This document shows, piece after piece, positions 52,508 through 64,000 of a stretch of 64,000 nt of DNA (position 1 is the first letter of the stretch; each line of letters begins with the position of its first letter). Under the pieces are notes generated by a model. The model searched no databases and was not told the DNA's origin. It saw only the letters and a list, made by a program, of their open reading frames with translations. Source of the DNA: the human T2T-CHM13v2.0 reference genome, Homo sapiens; assembly GCF_009914755.1 (NCBI RefSeq), contig NC_060933.1; one strand, written 5' to 3'. The translations under genes and the position numbers were made by a program.

Positions 52508-52795
52508 GAATTAATGCAGGAACAAAAAACCAAATACTTCATGTTCTCACTTATAAGTGAGAGCTAAACATTGGGTACCCATCGACATAAACGTAGGAGC
52601 AGTAGACACTGTGGACTACTAGACGGTGAAGGGAGTGAGGGTGCATGGGTGGAAAAATCTACCTGTTGGATACTATATTTACCACCTGGGTAACAGGATC
52701 CATACCCCAAATGTCAGCATCAAGCAATATAGCCAGGTAATAGTACTACACATATACCCCCTGTATCTAACATAAAAGTTGAAATTTTGAAAATA
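52508..52795 (+). mobile_element. L1P 3'-end fragment (sense)
   Basis: atgttctcacttataagtgagagctaaacattgggtac...ataaaagttgaaatt. Confidence 0.85.
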
Positions 52796-53108
52796 AGGAC
52801 TCACAGAGGAGAAGAATAATAGCACAGAGTTGGTAGTTTGGAGCAGTGGACTTTCTCTTGAATCCTCATTATAGGGTAGTAGTTGAGATGTCTACAGTGT
52901 GTCTCCTAAGTTATCTTGTATGAGGATTACTGTTGGATATACTGTGTGTCTTGTTTCTTTCATCATTATTTCACTGGGAGAGGGTGGTTATGATATACCA
53001 GTCCCAGTTTATTGAATCTTTATGTTGTAATCAAGACATATGAAGCCATAATTGTGGAAAAAGTGGTCTAGGCACTTTCTTATTTGGATACACTTTTCCT
53101 CACTGATA

Positions 53109-53901
53109 AATGATGGAGCTACTGTTTCTGTATGGATTTCCTTCTTTGAAGTTCATAGTCATTTATATTTTATTGAATATTTGATCCATGTCACCCATTG
53201 TGCTAAAGGATATTTTTGTGAACTCTACCTCAAATGATTTTTGCCTAGGTTACAGTATAAATAAGTATATACAGTCATTCCTTGGTATCTGTGGGGGATT
53301 GGTTTCAGGCCTCAATATGGATACTAAAATCTACAGATGCTCAAGCCCTTGATATAAAATGGCAGTATTTGCACATAACTTATGTGCATCCTCCTGTATA
53401 CTTCAAATCTTTAGATTGCTTATATTAATAGTATCAAATACAATGTAAATGCTATATAAATAGTTGTTATACTGTATTTTTTGTTTGTATTGTTTTGTTG
53501 TTATATTTTTAAAATTACTGTTTTTGATCTATTGTTGGTTGAATTTGTGGAAGCAGAAACCACAGATATGGAAGTCCAACTCTATGCATATATAATGATG
53601 TACATGTCTGTAATCTGTATAGAGCATATGAATATATTTACCTAGCCATTGCATTAAAAAGGATAACTAATTAAATTGCCTAACCAAAACTTTTACCTGA
53701 TGGTAATGATGGAGCTACTGTTTCTGTATGGATTTCCTTCTTTGAAGTTCATAGTCATTTATATTTTATTGAATATTTGATCCCTGTCACCCATTGTGCT
53801 AAAGGATATTTTTGTGAACTCTACCTCAAATGATTTTTGCCTAGGTTACAGTATAAATAAGTATATACAGTCATTCCTTGGTATCTGTGGGGGATTGGTT
53901 T
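53109..53901 (+). repeat. 197-bp direct repeat pair (53109-53305 and 53705-53901)
   Basis: One mismatch seen (gatccAtgtc vs gatccCtgtc). Confidence 0.95.
53272..53582 (+). mobile_element. MER2 MITE
   Basis: TA|cagtcattccttggtatctgtgggggattggtt...|TA termini. Confidence 0.8.
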
Positions 53902-56403
53902 AGATGGGGTAGATGGGGTAGAACCATTACCTAATGGTTCTACAATTGAGATGAGAATTTTTGTTAGAAATTGAGTCAAGACAGTGCAGTCATAATTTTG
54001 GTTCAGAAAATCTTCAGACAGAATCCTGAAATTGGATTAATACATCTGGATTGCTGGTTTTCTCAGATGCTTAGCAGAAGCAAGTGAGTTTTCTTTGGAG
54101 AATGATAAAATAATCTGGACTTAAATTATATCTAAAGTTTTACAAAATAGGGTCTAGCACATAGTCAGAAATAACAAGTATGTAGTAAGGAAAGAAGAAT
54201 AAAAAGATATAAGACCTAGAAATGAAAGCAGAAATCCTAGTTATTTGGTAAAACATGATTAATTCACGTAGAGAACCCAAAATAATTTATATATAGTTTA
54301 AACTAATAAGTTTATCATGCTTGGTGGATACATGGTCAGTATATAAAACTTAATTGCATCTTTTATACCAGCGAAACATATTAGGAAATAAGAATTTACA
54401 ATATTACTGGAGGTATGAAGTGCACATATAATGAAAAATGTGTATTACCTCTATTCAGAGAATTCTACAAATGTTGAGAAAAATAGAAGGTGTAATATAT
54501 TCAGGGAAATATCAAAGTTCATGGTTTGGAAGACTCACTATCATAAAGATACCAGTTCTCTCTGAATAGATATTAGATTCAGAAAATGCTGACCATCGAT
54601 TATCAACAACAGGAAACCATTACCACCCTTAGCCAGAAGGGACAAGAATTAGTATCCTGTGACGGAAGCTGCCCAATAAGACCAATAACCTTAGACAGAG
54701 GAACACAGGCACTATCAAACTGTGGCTCAGCAGAGAGTGAGCTGGGTAAATAAATATCCGGACCTCTTTCTCCTTTACCCTGGAATCACCAGCTAGTGCC
54801 TCCAACTGATGAAATTCAGTCACAGCCAGAGAACAAGGAGCAGTATAACTAGTCTGTAGAGAGGTTGGGCTCTTAGGCTAAGCAGAGTAGAGATGATGAA
54901 GACTGGCCCATTCTCAGTTACTACTCTTTTTCAGAACTTTTCTGGCCATTATTCCCTGTTAGTTTTTGCATATGAACTTTAGAGTAAACTTGCTTATTTT
55001 TTCTTTGGTATGTTAGTAGCACATAAAATTTACAATAATCTAAGAAGAATTGACATCTTTATGATGTTCAGTCTTCTTGTCCCAGAGTGTGGTGTGTCAT
55101 TCCATTTGTTTCAGTCTACCTCTGTGTCTTTCCTCAAACAGATTTTGAACATTTCTCATCAAATTTATTCCTAGCTCTTTCATGTTTCTTGTTACTATTT
55201 TAAATGTAATTTTTCCTTCCCATATAATTTTCAAATGATTTTTCTTTTACTGCATATAGTTTTACTGTACAGCTTTTTTGGTGGATAAAAATAAGTTGTT
55301 TTGTTTTTACTGTGAACTGTGCTATAGTTATTTTGGTATAAATGATAAACGTGAATTATGTAAAAATAAATACATGCAGTACAGAAAAGTACAAAGAAGG
55401 TAAAAGAAAAAAACGTTAGACTAAAAATGCATCCCTAGAGAATTAACAGCCATAAAATTCTGTGAGCATTGTTCTACATTTTTCTCAGTCCTGATTTATA
55501 AATTGAAGATTGGGTAGACAGATGTTTTTAAATAAAAGGGACTATATTGCACATGTTCTTTTGGTAACTAATAATTTTAAGTTTTTTTTTCATATAATGA
55601 AACAATAAGGCTCTCTGATGTGAAATTGAGGAGATTATTACATCTTAGATAATTATTTTTTCTCTATAAGGAACACTATCTTTCTAAAACTAAGAACAAA
55701 CTGATACGAAAAACCTTGGCGATTCATGTTATTATTTTTTTTTAAACTACATTTCATCTGTAGTTGATTTTGGCACTCTGCTCTGTATACTCTGGAAATA
55801 AGCACATAAATTCAACCATTTTGACTCCCCCCAATTTGTATCTTAAGAATTACAGCATTTATCTTCTCTTGTATAACCACAGTGAACACAGATGTTTAGG
55901 CATAATTCTATATAGTACTTCAGTGTTCATCACTAAACTTTTTTACTCTTGATTTGTTCATTCCATCCTGTTTGTTTTGATTCATCTCATGAGCCCATTT
56001 TTACCAGGGCCTTCCCTATTGCTACCATATGCTTTTCTGCCCCTGTTGGCATCCAATTTAGCCATGTGACTTATTTTGGCCAGTGAAATGAGAGGCTTTG
56101 CAAATGTTTTAAAGGAGCCGTTGTTTGATTTGCCTTTGCTTTTCACCTTTTTCCAGGAGAACAGCCTATTTCCACTATAGTCTGATGCTCCAGTTTGGTT
56201 CTTAGAACAGAGAAAAGCAAATGTAATGTGAAGAAGCCATAGATCTTTGTTTTTGGAAGGTGTCAGGTTTTTTTTTTTTTCCTGCAGAATTATGTAGAGC
56301 AGCTGCTCGAAACCCTCTGTTAGTGTTTCCTGTCAAACCTGGTCTTTAAAGGGATAGTCCTAATTTAATCACATGGCCTACTCAACTCCTGAGACAGCAT
56401 CAC

Positions 56404-56796
56404 TGCAATGGTTTGAATATTTGTCCCATCCAAAGTTCATGTTGAAATTTAGTCCTCAGTGTGGGACATTGGGCTCTGCCTTCATGAATGAATTAATCCA
56501 ATTCTCATGAATGAATTAATCCACTCAGGTATTAATGGGTTATTATGGGAATGCGACTGTTGGCCTTATAAGACGAAGAGAGACCTGAGCTAGTATGCTC
56601 AGCTTCTTTGCCATGTGATGTCTGGCACTGCCTCAGGACTCTGCATAGAGTCCCCATGAGGAAGAAGGTCCTCAGCAGATGGAACCCTTCAACCTTGGAC
56701 TTCTGTAAGAATAACTGTAAGAAATAAATTCCTTTTTCTTTATAAATTACCCAGTTTTAGGGATTCTGTTATAAGTAACAAAAATGGACTAAAACA
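56404..56796 (+). mobile_element. MaLR solo LTR (MST-type)
   Basis: TG...CA ends, tgcaatggtttgaat start, aataaa, 5-bp TSD ATCAC. Confidence 0.88.
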
Positions 56797-58604
56797 ATCA
56801 CTAGTAACTGAAAGATTATTAGATTTATATTTCAGCAGTAAAATATATTCTACAGAACTTAACATCCTTCATGAGGTGGGAAGAAGTATTGTTGGTTCTC
56901 AGTATCTTCTCTTTCAACTAACCTAGATTGTCCTTAATTCCCTTTGATCTGTATCTAGAGGAACTTCTCAAGTTTGAACCTAACAATTTTATGTTCCATA
57001 ACTTTGATTTTGCTTATAACTACTCTCATTATGGATTTAAAGCTATGATGGCATTTTTTTTTCTTTGTATCAATCCTTTTTTATTATCTTTTTCATTTCA
57101 TTCATTCAACAACTGTTTTTACATAGCCTAGTAAACAGGGCCTGAGTCACGGATTACATACTGATTACTTGGGAGATTCACTTCCAGTACAGAGTGGGCA
57201 AAAGTACAAGAATCTGAGGCAGGGAAGGATAAAAAGTAATTCGAGGTAATGCATTGTTGTTCTGGCCATTGCTTCATGATAAACCGTGAAGACATCAGGT
57301 CACTGACTTAGCCACCCAAGAACTGAGAAACTGTGCCCTAGAGCAAGCCATCAGATGGAAGAAGATAATTTATCTCTCTGGTTTCCTTTTGTGTTTTGTC
57401 TTCCAGTTTGTTGTTCATACCATCCCCTGTATAGTAGCATTGTTTATCCCAGTCTGGAAATGGTAAATGCAGAAAAAGACTCTAGGCATGCAGCTGGTTA
57501 TCCTCACGTGATGGAGTCATTTGAACTGTATATATCTGGTAGGCTGATGTAGCAATTAGTAGGCTGAGGCAGAGAGATGGACTCAAAATTCTAGTAGCTA
57601 GCTGAGGTTGAATCTCAAAAGATGCATAAGACACATATTTAATAAGAGACAGGAACTGTCCTAGGTGCTCTGTTTATAGCAGTGAACAAAAAAAGTTCCT
57701 GCTCTCACAGAGATGTCCTTACATCTTGGCTTTCTATTGGTATTTCACAGCGGCATAATGGCTTATTTTTTGTACTTTTTCTTCACTTTTCTTCTAAGTT
57801 CTTATGTTACTCCTACTGAGAGGTATACTCTTCCTCTAAGTATTCACAATTGCATTTCGTTTTTCTTAATTTTATTACCCCCATTCCTTTTAGATGTCCT
57901 GTTATTTTATTTTATTTTTTAAAAATTAATTTTGTTTCAAGTTCCAGGATACACGTGCAGGATGTGCAGGTTTGTTATGTAGGTAAATATGTGCCATGGT
58001 GGTTTGCAGCACCTATCAATCTATCACCTAGGTATTAAGCCCCACATATATTAGCTATTTATCCTGATGTTCTCCCTCTCCCCGCACACCACCCTCCCCA
58101 CTGACAGGCCCCAGTGTGTATTGTTCCCCTACCTGTATCCGTGTGTTCTCATTGTTCAGCTCCCACTACGTGCAGTGTTTGGTTTTGTGTTCCTGCGTTA
58201 GTTTGCTGACGATAATGGCTTCCAGCTCCATCCATGTCCCTGCAAAGGACATCATCTCGTTCCTTTTTATGGCTGCATCATATTCCATGTTGTATATGTA
58301 CCACATTTTCTTTATCCAGTCTATCTTTGATGGGCATTTGGGTTGATTCAATGTCTTTGCTATTGTGAATAGTGCTGCAATGAACATAACACGTGTATGT
58401 ATCTTTATAATAGAATGATTTATATTATATTGGGTATATATACCCAGTAATGGGATTGCTGGGTCAAATGGTGTTTCTGGTTCTAGGTCTTTGAGGAATC
58501 GCCACACTGTCTTCCACAATGGTTGCACTAATATACATTCCCACCAACAGTGTCAAAGCGTTCCTGTTTCTCCACAGCCTCGCCAGAATCTGTTGTTCCT
58601 TGAC

Positions 58605-59017
<413 letters not shown>

Positions 59018-60593
59018 TAAATGTCTTCTTTTGAGAAGTGTCTGTTCGTGTCCTTTGCCCACTTTTTAAATGGGGCTGTTTGTTTTTTTCTTGTAAATTT
59101 AAGTTCCTTGTAGATTCTGGATATTAGGCCTTTGTCAGATGGATAGATTGCAAAAATTTTCTCCCATTCTGTAGGTTGCCTGTTCACTTGATGATAGTTT
59201 CTTTTGTTGTGCAGAAGCTCTTTAGTTTAATTAGATAGCATTTGTCCATTTTTGCTTTTGTTACAATTGCTTTTGATGTTTTTGTCATGAAATCTTTGCC
59301 CGGGCCTATATCCTGAATGGTTTCAGTAGATTTCCTTCTAGGATTTTTGTACTTTTGGGTTTTACATTTAATGAGTCTTTAACCTATCTTGAATTGATTT
59401 TTGTATAAGGCATAAGGAAGGGGTCCAGTTTCAGTTTTCTCCTTATGGCTAGCCAGTTTTCCCAGCAGCATTTATTAAATAGAGAATCCTTTCCCCATTG
59501 CTTGTTTTTGTCAGGTTTGTCAAAGATCAGATGGTTGTAGATGTGCGGTCTTATTTCTGAGATCTCTGTTCTGTTCTATTGGTTCATGTGTCTGTTTTTG
59601 TACCAGTACCGTGTTGTTTTGGTTACTGTTGCCCTGTAGTATCGTTTGAAGTCCGGTAGTGTAATGCCACTGGCTTTGTTCTTTTCGCTTAGGATTGTCT
59701 TGGCTATACGGGCTCTTTTTTGGTTCCATATTAATTTTAACGTAGTTTTTTCTAAATCTGTGAAGAATGTTAATGGTAGTTTAATAGGAATAGCATTGAA
59801 TCTATAAATTACTTTGGGCAGTGTGGCCATTTTCACGATGTTGATTCTTTCTATCCATGAGCATGGAATGTTTTTTCATTTGTTTTTGCCCTCTCTTATT
59901 TCTTTGAGCAGTGGTTTGTAGTTCTCCTTGAAGAGGTCCTTCACTCTTTCACTTCTCTTGTTAGCTGTATTCCTAGGCATTTTATTCTTTTCTTAGCATT
60001 TGTGAATGGGAAGTTCATTCATGATTGGGCTCTCTGCTTGTCTATTGTTAGTGTATGGGAATGCTTGTGATTTTTGCAGTTGATTTTGTATACTGAGACT
60101 TTGCTGAAGTTGCATATCAGCTTGGAAAGCTTTTGGGCTGTGATGATGGGGTTTTCTAGATATAGAATCATGTCATCTGCAAACAGAGACAGTTTGACTT
60201 CCTCTCTTCCCATTTGAATACCCTTTGTTTCTTTGTCTTCCCTGACTGCCCTGGCCAGAACTTCCAATACTATGTTGAATAGAAGTGGTGAGAGACAGCA
60301 TCCTTGTCTTGTGCCAGTTTTCAAGGGAAATGTTTCCAGCTTTTGCCCATTCAGTATGATATTGGCTGTGGGTTTGTCATAAATGGCTCATTATTTTGAG
60401 GTATGTTCCATCAATACCTAGTTTATTGAGCATTTTTAACATGAAGCGATGTTGAATTTTATCGAAGGCCTTTTCTGTGTCTATTGAGATGATCATGTGT
60501 TTGCTGTCTTTAGTTCTGTTTATGTGATGAATTAGATTTATTGATTTGTGTATGTTGAACCAGCCTTGCATCTTGGGAATGAAGCTGACTTGA

Positions 60594-60902
<309 letters not shown>

Positions 60903-61642
60903 TGATACTGACCTCATAAAATGAATTAGGGAGCAGACCCTCCTTTTCAATTGTTTGGAATAGTTTCGGAAGGAATGGTACTAGCTCCTGTTTGCACCTC
61001 TGATAGAATTCAGCTGTAAATCCACTGGTCATGGGCTTTTTTTTGGCTGGTAGGGTATTTGTTACTGCCCCTTCAGAACTTGTTATTGGTCTATTCAGGG
61101 ATTTAGCTTCTCCCTGGCTCAGTTTTGGGAGGGTGTATGTGTCTAGGAATTTATCTGTTTCTTCTAGATTTTCTAGTTTATTTGCATAGAGGTATTTATA
61201 GTATTATCTGAAGGTTGTTTGTATTTCTGTGGGGTCAGTGGTGACATCCCCTTTATCTTTTTTTGTTGTATCTATTTGATTCTTTTCTCTTTTCTTATTA
61301 GTCTAGCTTGCAGTCTATCCATTTTATTAATTTTTTCAACAAACGGCTTCTGGATTCATTGATTTTTTTGGAAGGGTTTTTCATGTCTGTATCTCCTTCA
61401 ATTCTGCTCTGATCTTGGTTATTTCTTTTCTTCTGCTAGTGTTGTGGTTTATTTGCTCTTGGTTCTCTATTTCTTTTAGTTTTGATGTTAGGGTGTCAAC
61501 TTGAGATTTTTCTAGCTTTTTGATGTGGGCAGTTAGTGCTATAAATTTCCCTCTTAACACTGCTTTAGCTGGATCCCAGAGACTCTGTGTGTTGTCTCTT
61601 TGTTATCATTGGTTTCAAAGAACTTCTTGATTTCTGCCTTAA

Positions 61643-64000
<2,358 letters not shown>

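Overview
AT-rich primate (very probably human) genomic DNA from inside the centlein gene (CNTLN, + strand). Four coding exons (2843-2927, 12298-12432, 13049-13228, 50370-50503) splice in frame into the N-terminal coiled-coil of centlein; the last ends at a non-canonical GC donor. Most of the rest is transposon-derived: nested antisense L1s of many ages, Alus, MaLR/ERV LTRs, MER2, L2. Best candidates for new biology: (1) a full-length antisense L1 (39678-45823) whose antisense promoter points along CNTLN, with an extended ORF0 and donors in phase with exon 50370, predicting an ORF0-centlein fusion or N-truncated centlein; (2) a neighbouring L1 carrying a ~400-bp 3' transduction of an LTR, bracketed by a TSD; (3) these two independently inserted L1s share many private mutations including one frameshift, suggesting local L1-to-L1 gene conversion; (4) several templated-insertion repair scars and a tiny twin-primed L1. 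Repeat subfamily names and most repeat boundaries are by eye and approximate. No CRISPR, rRNA or tRNA genes were seen.
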